Assembly (NCBI GenBank): GCA_004764695.1
Contig: SMSO01000010.1
Location: 1 to 64,000 of the forward strand
Source of the DNA: Schizochytrium sp. TIO01
Lineage: Eukaryota > Protista > Bigyra: Labyrinthulomycetes
Reading direction: 5' to 3'
DNA length: 64,000 nt
This document shows, piece by piece, positions 40,901-54,462 of the stretch. Position 1 is the first letter of the stretch, and each line of letters opens with the position of its first letter. Made by a program: the position numbers and the translations under genes. Below the pieces are notes generated by a model. It searched no databases. It was not told where the DNA came from and was given only the letters and a program-made list of their open reading frames with translations.

Positions 40901-43900
40901 ACCCACCTTAATAGGTCCGCGTACCTTTAAAGCGCAGGGACGGGATACTCTTTTTGCGACAATCGTCACTTCTTCAAGAGTAGAAGAACACTGAAAGCCA
41001 ACCACACCAATCGATGAGATTGCTCTCCATCTCAAGTTGATGGTTCTCTTTCTTTCAAAATGTACTTCTGGGCAGGATTGCGCATAAACAGGCCGTTAGT
41101 AGCTAGACCTTTTAAAAGAGGGAAAGGGAGAGCTCCCTCTGCTCTGAATCTGTGGTGGATATATTTATTTATCCATCTACCAAAGAAGAAACACTTTTAC
41201 TCTTCGCTCACTCGGCTCACCTATCGACCGACCGACCGGCCGATTGACTGATTGGTGCTCGTGAGATCACTGCGCTCTGCGGACCAATAACCAGCTGAAG
41301 ACCTCCTGAAGCAGCGAATCTCACAATCGTAACCGATGATCACGGTTATGATGATTCTCTGGCGGAGTCAGTGGTTGGGGTGCACACCCTGCGTGTCAAT
41401 TTACAACTTTAAAGATCATTTGCTTATTTATTTATTGATTGATTTATTTATTGATTGATTGATTGATTGATTTATCAAAGGAAGCAATAGACAGAAAGTA
41501 TTCAATTCAACATCCGTATGATTTACGGAGACCATCGACCACACTGGTTTCTCTCTTCGTTCCGCAATTGCACCTGATAAGAGGATGAACGCAGGCAACA
41601 AACTTCGTCTCAGAACTTATTAGAGTGGGAGGCGGTCGGCACTCATCAGCGTTGGTCAGGGACGAAGGAAGAAAAGGAAAAAGTACCACCGAGCAGAAAA
41701 TGCGGCAGAAGAATACACAATTAAGCTTTCTTCAAGTCCTCAGGAGTCAATTAGCAACAATGCGAGTTTGCGATCGATATTGAATGGTCCCTGCTTATTA
41801 CCTACTGCTGCTCTCAGTGTGTTCTACTTTTTTCGGTTCTACTTAAATAGGATTTCAGAAGGTTTTATGACCAAAGATTCTTCTTATTTATTAAACTAAA
41901 ACATCATGTTCTGTTTTGCTTTCAAAACTGAAAAAACAGATGAAGGGAGGAAAAGAGAAAAGAGAAAAGAACAGAAGCAAAAAGTATTTTTATCTTAAAA
42001 AACGATGTTTTCAACTTGAAAGGTGGGTGGTGAGGAAATTGCCTCGGCGTCCAGTTATTCCTACAAGGAAGCGCGAAGCAAGCGGGAAAAAAGCTGTCTT
42101 AGAAATGTTTATTTGGAGTCATGATAAAGACGAATACAACAACCAATCTCCGAAAATTGCAGCATCCATTCAAGGCACGGCCTCTTCCGGAGAGGACCTT
42201 CTTCCTTTGAACAAGATTTGTTCGAATAGCCCAACTTCTGAAGAGAGTGGAAGTACTTAGCACGTATGGTGCATTCATGATATTATATCATATTATATCA
42301 TATTATAATATATTATACCTTTTCTGCAAAAAGGGTATCTACTTCGTTGAAGGATGGTTGGTTTCCTGGCCCCTCTCTCTGTTGCTGCGAAGAAGCAAAA
42401 GGGGGAATGTAATTAAATGCCATTGTATCGTTGATTTGGTCTCGTATTACTTTAGGGAACTTCCCGCTGGCCAGCAGGAATACCTAAGCTTATGCCCCTT
42501 TATGAGTTGCTGTAGACTTCCTTTCCCGCTGTTCGATTCTTTCGAAGGAGCTCTCGCTTCCATACTACAAAATGACAGCTGAGTGTAGGTAACTTACAGC
42601 GCCGTCTCACTCAGCATCATTGTAATTGGCCGCACTCCACGCACGAGACACTGTATGGCATGGCGAATAAGAGGACGAATCACAGCTGATGATGCAGGAG
42701 GCTCCGGGAGAACCTGACAAGCTTATGACGTATCGATTGTCATCGACTCGGTGTGTGAAGGCTCCGAATATGGTGCATGTCACGCATGGTTTGTAAATTG
42801 TCATTAGCTCAACTGCACAGTTCGTTAATTCTTATTTGATTTATTCGTTTCAAGAGAAGAAGAAGAAGAAGACAACATCATGTTGCATTAGTATAAAAAT
42901 ATAATTAATAGGATATACATAGAAGCAGGAGGTGCAACGTGTGAAAAGAAATCATTTGCACTCACTGAGGGCGTCCGCGTGAAAAGAAAGAAAAGAAAAG
43001 AAAAGAAAAGAAATTGATCCAAAGCATTGAGTGGTGGCGTGATACATGAAAACATTACAGAGAAAGTGACCCTTTGTTTGTTGGAAACGGGTAAGAAAAC
43101 AAAATGAGTGCTAGGAAAACAAACATACTTTGGCACTTTCTTTCCGCCTCGTGTCGAGTGGTCGATCGCTTCGAGTTTCGATCTCAGGCTCTTTCCTTCG
43201 GAATTATTTGTTTGAGAATGCGGATTAGAAAGACAGGCAGGAAGAGAAGAAATCTCCCCACAGGCCGTGAAGGGTCCATCATTTCATACTTGTATTCTGC
43301 TGTGAGTGCGTGCAAAGCACATCGCAGAAATTGATACAAGTATAAGGAGCGCACAACAAATTGCCGAGAAAAGTGCCACAAGAGTATGTCGCCTGAACTG
43401 AGGAGAAGCAGCCGGCTGCCATTGGTTCCCAGCAGAAGCAAAGGCCCGGGTAATCTTGTAGAAACTCTGGGCAGGAATCGAGGCAGCAAGCGTGTGGCCT
43501 ACAATTGGTAGGCGGTTCTGCTGGTTTGGGGAATGCTTCGGCACCTCAGCCAATGGCGCTTCGAGTGTCGTTCATGGCAGCAGTTTTACGCATGAGCGAG
43601 TCCAGCTTCACGCAATGAGAGCCTTCTGATTCCCAACTTAAGCAAACCTGCAGAGCTTAAGTTGAAACGGCTGGTGCGGTTCCTCTTCGACTTCGACTCG
43701 CATTCAGTGGTGGGCAGGGCTTTCCGTCTTCCTCACATATACATACATACATTCCTCGCTAGCTAGACACGTGCCTAGTAGCAAATCTAAGGCTCCTTCG
43801 TTCATTGGCCTCTCGCTCCAAACTTTCAGTTCTCTGGAAAAGAACAATTTGGTGGCCATTGGAACGACCGAGGTAAGCACCGTACTAAGGGGATAGGCGT

Positions 43901-44101
43901 TCCGTTCTTTCTCTGGGAGCAGCCAGTCGCTCACGTAATTGAAGTAAGTACCTAGTAGTACTTTTTCTTTTCCTTTTCTTTTCTTTTCTTTTCTTGTTGC
44001 AAAGAGTATGAAATGAAAGGTCATGGCGATATACCAAAGGAGTAAAAAAGAACAAAAACTTGAGTAGAAAGCAGTGGAATGAACTATGTCCCCTCTGAAT
44101 T

Positions 44102-44103
44102 GA

Positions 44104-44138
<35 letters not shown>
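44102..44138. repeat. (GAAA)n microsatellite
   Basis: Directly visible. Confidence 0.9.
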
Positions 44139-47100
44139 CGTTCTTTTCCGAAGGAGCCGCTTTGCTCGTGTCATGCGCGAGGCCCTTTTAGTTTCCTGCC
44201 TCCACTGGTTCTCAAGGACCTGGATCTATCTAAGCGCTGATTGGGTGGAGGAGGCACCGACTGCCCCGGTGGCGACCCTTTCAAGACAGGAATTGCGGGC
44301 CGTTGGATTGGCCAACCGAATGATGAGTTGATCGGCGGTCCGTCGATCCATTCATTCGTTGGATAATCGAGTGATTGGAGCCTTTCCTTTGAGCTGCGAG
44401 CACAGACTTCGCATCCCTCAATCTAGATTTAGTAGGTACTACAAATTCTAAAGGACAGGCCTATATATTGAACATTGAAAAGAACACCCAAAGAACATTG
44501 TTATAGATATATATATGTAATATACTTGCACGTGTAAAGGGACTCGAAGAGAGAAAGAGAAACGGCGTTCCGATAGAAAGGAACATAAGAAGGAGTGGAG
44601 ACGAAGAGAAGGGGCAAAGTGGGAAGAAAGAAAAGAAAGAGAGGAAGAAAAGTATTTGGTGGTTTGCAGCAGACAGAAAGCGCGACCATCTCAACAGCTT
44701 GGAGGGAGAAGTATATATGTACCATCCCTATGCTCAAAGCAAAAGCATGCATCATATCCCAATACCCATAATTTTACTCCACAGGTTTGTGCATAATCAA
44801 ACAAACTGGGCATACACCGAAAAGAAAAGCTCATCATTGCAGGTTAAAGCGATTCTACAAGCCTGAGATTTCAGGAGTGCTTGTTTTTTATTATTAATTC
44901 AATATACTTCATTCAGCCTATCTACAAAATAGAATGGATAGAGATCAGCGTACGGTGAGACATGACGAAAAACGATCGTGTGTCATGAGCGCTATAAGCC
45001 AAGTGTTTCTGAAAATCAAATGTCGAGACCCGGCTACAGTTTGATTGTCAGCAGTTGCACTGACGTGGAGATCATCCCGACAGATATATGTATACCTCTT
45101 CCTGGCTTCAAAGGAGACTCTCAGATCAAACTGCATGAATTTAGTATGAGGCCTCGCCACCAATCGCAAAGGGTTTTTATATTTTGCTTCAAGACTCGGA
45201 GGAAGACTTTTTACTTTAATTTTACTTAATATATATTTTTATGTTCATTCTTTCATCACGAGACAAGTTTTCCGGTAACCAACCAAAGAAAGGAATCCGT
45301 CGCGGATTTTTGTTTAAATTAAATTTGTTTTAAACAAAGAAACAGAACGACCTTGCGCCGGAAGGGTGACTACAAGTTCGAAGTGCATGATGCGAAAGAG
45401 AACAGAGGAGCGAAGTGAATGGTCGAGTGAAAGTAAGCGAGGTAAAGGTTTGTGTTGACGTAAAAAGAAAACTATCGAGGCCTTGTTGTGCGTTGAAACT
45501 GAAAGAAAGACAAGGAAGGCGAGGTTTTCTTCTGTCTAATCAGTGGCTTTCATTTCTGAAGGATTCAAGGATTCCCTCACTCTGGTAAGGAAATAAAACA
45601 AGTCAAGTGAGTGGAAAGGAAGGAAAGGGTTCACACGGTCCTTTTCTCTGCTGCTTCATTAAAAGGCTAATCCCGCTGTTCTTTTCCCCTGCCTCCTCTT
45701 TTCTTTTCTTTTCTTTTCTTTTCTTTCCTTCTGTTATGTTTGTTTTAGCAGATTTGAAATAATAATAAAAAGTGAAAGAAGAGCCTTGAAAAGGAAGAGA
45801 ACGGAAATTAAAGGCAGCGCTTCTTCCGAAAGCCCTTTTTGATTTTCTCTCGCTGGTTCTTCCGCTCACCCATTCGTTGCTATTCTTTTGGCGTTGATTG
45901 ATACATGCGTACCAAGGGACACATGCGAATACACCGCGGCGCTTATAATGGTTGGTATAAATGGCATCACCTATGCACCCCTCGTGGGCTCTTCACCGTT
46001 CCACCAATTGAGAGCCCTTGCATCATTAAAAGTAAAAGCAAAGCAAAGTAAAACTAATATGCCCAAAAAAGAATGTGCTTTCCATCAAGAGTTCAGGAAA
46101 AGAGAAAATACTTACTTTCTGCTACTTAGGCGCCTCTAATGATACCTACTACTTGATGGAATTGAAATGGCTAATTGGTGAGAAGTGGAAAAGTAAAAAT
46201 TACGATAAGTAAAGAAAGAAGCGATTCGTTCTTTTTCCTTGTTTTCTTTTCTTTTTCTTGTGGTTTCTCTTTCTTTCCCTCCTTTCTGTTTAAAGTAGGT
46301 AGTCGTAGCAGTAGTATAAGTAGTTATTGTTTTTGTTTATATTTCCTCTTTCATTCAATCGTTCATTCATCATCATCATTCCTCGTTCTTGGAGCTCCCG
46401 GCCGTCGAGCCCGTGAGCTATCAAACAAACTGCCTAGGCGGCGCCTCTGCCGGTTGCAGACACGCGCGCCAACCAGAACACAACCACAACTCCTAAACCC
46501 GAGAACGCAGCTACTCGCTGGTCCTTGGTTTATTCTTCAACTCATTTGCACATCCATCGTCAGGCGCCAGACCTCGACCTGCTTGTCTGCTTGCTTACTT
46601 GCTCACGCAGGCAGTTCAATAACTCTTGCTTCTAGTTCTCTTGGAGACGAAGCACTCGACAGACAACCAAGAAGGCATTGTGTTGTGCAGTACGAGTAGC
46701 AGTCTTCGTTGCCACTAGACGACAGCGAGAGGAGGCAGCAAGCCCGAGGTCTCGGTTTTCTTTGTTGTCTCTTTGTGTCTGTCTCTTCTCTATCTATCTC
46801 TTTCTTTGTCTTTTCTTCAATCTCTTTGCTTGTACTCGTGGTCCCTCTCCTACTACTGCGGCTACTCGTGCTGGTGCCGGTGGCCATCTGCTGTTGCATG
46901 CGCTTAAACTCGAGACCCCAAGGCCCCATAACACCTTGACTCAGGCTGCTCGCAATCCGTGCTTGCTAATTTCGCAGGTGAGCAGGACCCAGACCGTCCT
47001 GTGAAGTAAGAGACAAATACAGAAAGCAATAGTAATAGACAAATATCAGAAAGCCACGAGCGCGTACGTGGGCTTCTCCAGATTTAAAAGCACTTATCGG

Positions 47101-47360
47101 AAGCGATCACAAGATTCCAAGGGCGTCGGCCGCGTCTATCAAGAGCTCAGTGAGAGGTGAGCGTTTACGGGACAGGTATTGTGAGCAGACGCACCACACG
47201 CAAGTAGCGACTCTTGTTATACATTGCCTTGCTGGAGTTCCTCGCTTTATCAGACTCTGTACTACCTGCCTAGTTTCTTGAGGGGACTACAAAGACTAGC
47301 AAACTGTGTCGCCCAGAGCGTGTTAGAGGTTTTGACAAAATTAGGCCTGCAAAGACGCGC

Positions 47361-48950
47361 GTGAAAATCTTTCCTTCCAGTCGCAGTATACAAGGCAGCG
47401 GGGACACCCCCCGCACACGCCTTAAGGTACCTGCACTTCGTAAACACTCGAGCACGATGCTCCGCAATGAACTCGAGGAGGTGGAGGATAAGTTCGAGCA
47501 AGTCTCATTAAGGAAACGATCAAGACATGTTTCTTTCGTCAGCACAAGTCGAAGGCATTGTGCTCCAAAGCTCAGTGCCGGGGCTGCTCGGTCACCAGGC
47601 ACGCTCCTCCCTCATAAGGCAGTCAGCTTTAGTCTCACCGATCGTGGTGCACTTGATATGCGCAAAAAGCGTTTTGATGATGAAGCAGACGAAGTTGAAG
47701 GACTCCTGGAGTGTCTTCCGACTGCTCGATTTGGGACGCTTGAGCTCACTCCCCTCATGATTGCGGCACGTGCCGGAGACCTTGGCACTGTCGAAGCCCT
47801 TCTAGAACGTGGCGCCAATCCAATGGATAGTGACTGCAGAGGCTTTGATGCGCTCATGTATGCCGTGCGCGATGGACATGCTATTGTCGCACATTTACTC
47901 CTCAAGGCTATTAAACGCGCTGTCAGCCGTTCAGGAGAAACCGGCTACTCTTTTTTAAATGCTCATGGTCTCACACATATGCTTTATGCAGCAACAAATG
48001 GCCATACTGATTGTGTTGACATTCTGCGACGAAATGGGAGCCGTGTGGATCTTCCTGATGCATCCGGCTTCACCCCTCTTATGGCAGCTTGCCAAAATGG
48101 ACATTACGCAACAGCAGAATTATTGCTGAACTTTGGTGCTAAGGTGGACCGCCCTGATCGCCAGGGCATGACTGCACTTGCTTGGGCGGTGCGAGAGGGC
48201 TCAACCGCTTGTATTGAACTTCTCATCCGCTTTGGAGCAGACATTCAGCAGAGTGACAAGAAAGGTCGCTCACCACTCTTTTGGGCTGTGTTCCAGGGCC
48301 ACACAGAAATCGGAGAGTACTTGCTGCAAGCCGGAGCCCAGGTTACGGATTTGGTGCGATACACAGTTTTACGTTCACACGTCTCACAGATCAAGCGTCA
48401 ATCGAAACAAGAATCTAGAGGCCGCGCTTGCCACCCTGGTGCTATGAAGACAGCACAGTCTCAGCAAGATGACGAAAAAGATCTTGACCCTGAAGCAAGC
48501 CCCGAGATGGAGAGCGAGAGCCCAAATACTCTTCACAACCAGGGTCACCATCCCCAGTCATACCCAACTGCTGCTTATCTTGGCCACCATCAACACCAAT
48601 CAATGTCGGTCAATGCCTCTACAGGCGGGGCTCCCATGTCGCAGGACACCATGCCTGCCCCGAATGATTTTGACGATAGCCTCAATTCGTTTGACACTGT
48701 ATTTGAAGCCGATGAGGACAGTGATGACATCCAAGGTGACGATGCCGCATCTGATGACTTTGCATCAGACCAATCTCCTGATCAGATGCACATGACTCGC
48801 CTTGAGCTTCCGCGAGACCAGCTGGAGCTCCAAGATGATGAATTAGACGATGATGTTTTTGATCTTGATGAGGACATGCAAATGCCCAATCAAGCACCTC
48901 CATCATCATCTATGCCCACAACTCTGCCCTCAATTATACCCACACTATAA
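47361..48950 (+). CDS. Host ankyrin-repeat protein with acidic disordered C-terminus (first ATG 47457)
   Basis: About six ankyrin repeats: TPLMIAARAG, DALMYAVRDGH, TPLMAACQNGH, TALAWAVREG, SPLFWAVFQGH. Confidence 0.92.
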   Translation: MKIFPSSRSIQGSGDTPRTRLKVPALRKHSSTMLRNELEEVEDKFEQVSLRKRSRHVSFVSTSRRHCAPKLSAGAARSPGTLLPHKAVSFSLTDRGALDMRKKRFDDEADEVEGLLECLPTARFGTLELTPLMIAARAGDLGTVEALLERGANPMDSDCRGFDALMYAVRDGHAIVAHLLLKAIKRAVSRSGETGYSFLNAHGLTHMLYAATNGHTDCVDILRRNGSRVDLPDASGFTPLMAACQNGHYATAELLLNFGAKVDRPDRQGMTALAWAVREGSTACIELLIRFGADIQQSDKKGRSPLFWAVFQGHTEIGEYLLQAGAQVTDLVRYTVLRSHVSQIKRQSKQESRGRACHPGAMKTAQSQQDDEKDLDPEASPEMESESPNTLHNQGHHPQSYPTAAYLGHHQHQSMSVNASTGGAPMSQDTMPAPNDFDDSLNSFDTVFEADEDSDDIQGDDAASDDFASDQSPDQMHMTRLELPRDQLELQDDELDDDVFDLDEDMQMPNQAPPSSSMPTTLPSIIPTL

Positions 48951-51787
48951 ATCTGTTTACCCTACTACTTTTTACCCCCAAAATGATACACATACCTCTA
49001 CGATCTTCAAGTTCAAAATATTAAACTCTAACTATTAAAAAACTTCTGTCTACAAGCCTTTGGGATATTCTTTACTTACCCGGAGTGTTTCCTGGAAGAC
49101 CCTCCCGCACGCTTCTGGGATTATGAAGACTCTTTCATTTGAATGCTTGCTCTGATGAATCTATCTCGTATCCACACTCAGAGTCTTCGAACAACATTAT
49201 TTTTTGGGTGATCTAAATTAACATGATGCTAAAATATTCTAAGAACTCCTCAATCTAATCACAAATATTTCAAAATCATGAGCGTCTGTGCTGAAATTCC
49301 AATTTCCTGGCAAAATGTCACGTTTCTTTGAAAATAAGTATAGACATCAACACATAGCTGATGCCTCTCTTCCTTCTCTTCAAATCATCGAAGGTGAAGC
49401 AGAAGAACCCCAACATGTCCAACTAACTATAAAGCTCATTGAGCAAAGCTCTGATGTTTACAATCATGACAATGAACGAAATACAAAACCCTTGACATCC
49501 AGCTTTGCAGAGGTTCTCAATTTTTGGCGTTGTTACTGAAATATACTTATTAAAAAAAGTTTTTCTAGCATCCTGAGAGTAGGTGTCATGTTTCTTTGAA
49601 GATGTTCAATGATTGCTGAAAGACCCTTGTCATTGATGATATAAATTTCATGTAGCCTATGTTTATTTATTATCAATAATACCTTAACAATACTGGCTCT
49701 CTGGCGTGGTTCTGGGTTTTCTCGTGCAGTGAAATGCGTGGTGTAAGTTACGGATTAGTATGTACAAAGCAACGCGCGTCAATAATTCCTCAAACAGAGT
49801 CGGTAGCGTCAGCAACAGTGCAACAGCCAAACCAACTTTAACATCATCAGCGGATGCAGGCCTTAGCCAAGATAATACTGCCCTCGTTACGGATGCTGTT
49901 TCAACAGAACCAGTCATCAGTACTCATTGAAACTAGAACTTCATGAAATCATTTCAATCAACCAAAACTAAGTCAGTATTGCTCAGAAACATTCCAAAGT
50001 TCACTTGCATGCATTGATATATTTTTCATTTCGACACAACATTGCAGAAAGTTTTATCAAACTTTGTATCCTATTTCTCTCCCCAAAGTATACAATTAAT
50101 TGACTACTGAACAGACGCTAAAATTTGATCACTTCTCTTTACAAAAGTTTCTGACACAGCCTTGGTGTATTTATAATGATTTTATAAACTCCGAATCAAT
50201 ATACTCAACACACAAAGTTATCTACTAGGCTGATCCAAGGTTCAGTTTATCTCTGGCTATGACATTCACTGTGCCAAGCTGAAGTTCAACGTCGTAGAAT
50301 GGGACAGCGAATTGGCTCATTTCTATGAACTGTAATTACATAAGCTTTTCTTTTGAAAGAGGTTTGTTTAATTTATGGTTAGCTAAGTCACAAAATTATT
50401 CAATAACTGTTTATGCGACTCAGTGCAGAGTTTTGTTTTTAATTAAAGCAGTAGCTAATAGGTATCATGACAACTGCTCAGAACTCCCAATTATACTGTT
50501 ATATTATTCGTGACTATAACGAATCAAAGAAACATGTTACCAGCCAGTAGAATAAGGATTGGCGTATTATTTGGAAGGTCGCGCTATCATATAGGCAACT
50601 TTAACACTTATTTTTTTATAAAGAGCGGGGATTTGAAACAGTTGTTCTGCTAAAAATTAGAAATTGATATATCATAACAACCAAATACCATCTTTGGAAA
50701 TTTTAGTGTATGAAATCTGTAAGCAGAATCTTTAGTTTCTTACAGAATGTTAAACCGTTTTGGTACGAGCCCGTGTTCGGGTCCACTCATCGGATTTTAT
50801 TGTTTCAGGATTGGAAGGATGTTCAAAAAGGACATGCCTATGTTTAGAAGATACAGCTTCCGAAATTCACGTCGTGGAGAATCCCAAAAGCCAGTTACTT
50901 TTCATTTATGTGGATCAACTGCTTAGAACTAGCAGCTTTGAAAGTAAAATGTGTACAGTTCTGCCAAATAGCATTTCACAGCGGACGCATTGTGCAGGGA
51001 AATTAGTGTGAAATGTTGTGGTTTAGTAATCCCTCTATCTAATCCACTTCGCCGACTGCAGTACAGACGTATCTGAAGCGTTACAAGCTCACGTTCATAT
51101 GGTTCAAACAGCCAAAGTGTAAATCATGGGCCTGATATATGAAGAGTAGACGTGGTAGACGTTTTGCTGGTCGGCACATACTACAAAAGAAGATGTCAAG
51201 GCTGAGTTGCTAAGGCATAGAAGAAGCTGTCGCAAACGCCGTTTGACCAGGAAGCACCAGCTGTGGGCAGGATAAATGTTGAATATGCATAATGAGCAAG
51301 CAAAGTTGATTAGAATGAGTTTGTATGTTTAGCTTGGTAACTAGTGGTAGGGAGGGACCCCTCACGTATACAGCATCAAGTACAGAGCACATGTTGGAGA
51401 GAAGAGAGAGAATCAGTTTCGATGTGTGCTAGCCTTGCTGTCATTTTTTTTCTGAATGTAATAAATGGCGAAAGGTAATATCGTATTTATAAAACGTCAA
51501 AGTGTGGAGTAAGACAATAAATTCTATAGTACTCCCCATGAGAAATTTGAGTCTCAGAAGGAGTGAGGTAAATAGGGGTATAGTATACAAACGTGTTTAT
51601 GCAATGATTCAAGACGCGTCGGCACTCAGATCCGCCTATGCAGAGACGACATCTTTATTTACATCGACCGAACCAAGGTGATTGCTCAACTAAGTATAAA
51701 GATGGACATTCAAAGATGCTAAGCAGACCTGAATAGCAAATCCCAAATTCTCAGAGACTGCAAACCTCAAATTCGCAGATCTCAAGG

Positions 51788-53362
51788 ATGTCACACGCAA
51801 CGTACTGGAGCATATTTATTGCATTTTTGACGCTTCAACTGCGGCAAACATCCGCTGCTTCTTGTGCGCCAAGAGATGCAGTTCTTGTTCTGCAGTCGAC
51901 AGGAAGGAAAAATGAGTTTGCCAAAATTCAACAACTTGCCGAAGAAGTGGTTTCTACATTCAATGTAGGTACGGATAACTTGAGTGACCAATTTGCGCTT
52001 GTCAGCTACGATCGAGACGTCGACGATGTTCTCTCTTTTAATAAATTTAACGACATGAGCAAGCTACAAGAAACCATTGAAAATCTTCGAAGTTCAAATA
52101 AAAACGAGGCGAATATTGTAGATGCTTTGGACCGTGCATTCGAGCTTGCACTTCAAGACGGCAGAAAAGATACGCCTAAATTTATCATTCTCGTTTCGGA
52201 TGGGCAACTTCAGTTATCTCGGAAGGATAGACCTAAGGCTTGCTCTGGTGCAACTGGACTTGAACAATACAAAGCATGCCTCTCCTTGATGATCGAGGCG
52301 CATGCGAAACTTAACATTCAGCTCTTTCGTGTCCCAGTCCCAGACCAAAGCGGCGGCGGAGATGATATACTGGCGTCGTTGAGCGACCTGTATGTCAGTC
52401 TGAGTAATGACAAAAGTGCAGATAATGCTTCATGTAGCAGCTTAGTACCCTCATCTTCAACTGCGGCGCCAACTCAAAGCTTCTTGGATGTGAACACGGA
52501 CTGCTTTCTTCTCGATACGAAATATGTGAAAACCAAAAAAATCAAATCAAATGATGGTTCAAACTTAAGTAGCAGTCGCAAGCCAAGCCGTCGCAGAAAT
52601 CAGCGTAAAGGAAGAAGCCGTGGCCTTACTACAATAGACCTCGCTGCACAGTGCCAGCAAAAATGCCAAATAACTGACAGTTGTGAATACTGGACTTACG
52701 AAGGAGTAGAGAAAGAATGCAACTTATATCAAATTGCAAGAAAAAGTGTACCAACTCCCACAAAATGGAGCTTTGTGTCCGGGCCTCGATTTTGTACCCC
52801 TAACCCTACATTATCGCCAACTTTCGACCCAACATCATCACCTACATTGGACCCTACATTATCACCAACTTTAGACCCTACATCAGCACCAACTCTGGTA
52901 CCTACAGCATCACCAACTCTAAGTCCTTCAACAGCACCATCACTCTCCCCAACATTGGACCCTACATCAGCACCAACATTGGGCCCTACAGCATCACCAA
53001 CTCTGGATCCTACAGTAGCACCGTCACTCTCGCCAACATTGGACCCTACATCAGCACCAACTTTGGATCCTACAACAGCACCAACTCTAAGTCCTACAAC
53101 AGCACCATCACTCTCCCCAACATTGGGCCCTACAGCATCACCAACTTTGGATCCTACAACAGCACCATCGCTCTCACCAACTCTGGATCCTACAGCAGCA
53201 CCAACTCTGGATCCTACAGTAGCACCGTCACTCTCACCAACATTGGACCCTACAGCAGCAGCACCAACTTTGGATCCTACAACAGCACCATCACTCTCAC
53301 CAACTTTGGACCCTACAGCAGCACCAACTTTGGACCCTACAGCAACTCCTACATTGTCTTAA
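51788..53362 (+). CDS. Host secreted protein: signal peptide, vWA domain, PAN/Apple domain, PT.SPT mucin repeats
   Basis: Signal peptide; DAVLVLQST...FALVSY...KFIILVSDG (vWA); CQQKCQITDSCEYWTY...C.L...SGPRFC (PAN); TLDPT/SLSPT repeats. Confidence 0.9.
   Translation: MSHATYWSIFIAFLTLQLRQTSAASCAPRDAVLVLQSTGRKNEFAKIQQLAEEVVSTFNVGTDNLSDQFALVSYDRDVDDVLSFNKFNDMSKLQETIENLRSSNKNEANIVDALDRAFELALQDGRKDTPKFIILVSDGQLQLSRKDRPKACSGATGLEQYKACLSLMIEAHAKLNIQLFRVPVPDQSGGGDDILASLSDLYVSLSNDKSADNASCSSLVPSSSTAAPTQSFLDVNTDCFLLDTKYVKTKKIKSNDGSNLSSSRKPSRRRNQRKGRSRGLTTIDLAAQCQQKCQITDSCEYWTYEGVEKECNLYQIARKSVPTPTKWSFVSGPRFCTPNPTLSPTFDPTSSPTLDPTLSPTLDPTSAPTLVPTASPTLSPSTAPSLSPTLDPTSAPTLGPTASPTLDPTVAPSLSPTLDPTSAPTLDPTTAPTLSPTTAPSLSPTLGPTASPTLDPTTAPSLSPTLDPTAAPTLDPTVAPSLSPTLDPTAAAPTLDPTTAPSLSPTLDPTAAPTLDPTATPTLS
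52796..53358 (+). repeat. Coding tandem repeats (12-nt-based units giving PTLD/PTAA/PSLS)
   Basis: Directly visible. Confidence 0.9.
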
Positions 53363-54061
53363 ATATAAATTCTACGTCGACTTTTATAATCTTTCCCAAA
53401 CAAAGCGATTGTATCCTTCCTGATATTGGTTACTGTAACATCTCTAACACCCTACTTGTCTTGATGAAGTTAGTTTTTTACTGTAATTTTCACGCCAATT
53501 CTTGGAATCAATGGTTTCGTCCTACATGTATAGGTAGTTTTAAGTCCATTCCTTCCTATAAACACAAGTCATAGCTCTGTCAAATTAGTGTTGACTTCAG
53601 CTAGACAAAAAGTTCCATACCTTGTCATTAGACATATGCATATGCATAGAACATTGTTCCATCTTTGCTCAGGTTGCAAACTACCGTACACAATAAAAGT
53701 AACAACTTATTACACGTAGTAAATAGTGCAGGCAGACACTTCTTGACCGAACGATACTTCCACGTACCTATATTTCAACACGACGGAGTGGTTGCAAACT
53801 CATTATACCAAACAGATTCATCATAATTACTTGAACAAATTTCTTTCTTTAATAATATTAAGCTACCCAATTTATTTAGAAGCAAACACAAAATTCTACT
53901 AGCCGAAAGATAAAGCCTTCGCGGAGAGACTACAACCTGATAGGATCGTGGGAGACAGGCAGTTAGTCGAGATAGCTGTCTAAGGCTTCGGAAAGGTAAT
54001 GGCAAGATGCCAAGAAGCTGAAAAGTGTCCATAAATTGAAAGTCTGTTGGGGTCTATAACC

Positions 54062-54462
54062 TGGTGAAAGATGAATCTGGGCAGATAAAGGTTGACTATG
54101 AAGATAAAAGAAGAGGTTTAAATAAGGCTACGGAAGGCTTGATAACCTCGGATTTGAGAGTTAACGATCCTCTGTCCTTGGGATTCGATTCCAAGGCAGA
54201 CAGGTTCATTTTATAATTAAGAGGCTAAGGCAGGCTTGATCTGTAATAGAGGCAATTTAGTTGGCCAGGTTGAGTTATCTTTCAGTAATCAGTTCATATA
54301 CCGCCACATATAGATCTAGTGAATGCAGCATCGTCTATTTCTAGTTCATAACCACACATTTGGTTTGTCTAGTTCTAGTTTTAGGTCCTAAATCCTGGGG
54401 AGCTGCAATAGGACGCTAAGAGCTCTAGCGATGTCTTGTTTTATCAATCGGAGACTTTAGCA
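54062..54462. mobile_element. Degenerate LTR, inverted relative to the two copies downstream
   Basis: TG...CA ends; similar to the reverse complement of 57566-57980 at both ends (GATGA.TCTGG.CAG...AGGTTGACTAT; CTCTAGC.ATGTCTTGT...GGAGA..T.AGCA). Confidence 0.6.

Noticed and set aside
32114-47004. Short ORFs of 60-170 aa in the host intergenic region
   Set aside because: Mostly non-ATG starts, simple-repeat-derived, no recognisable domains
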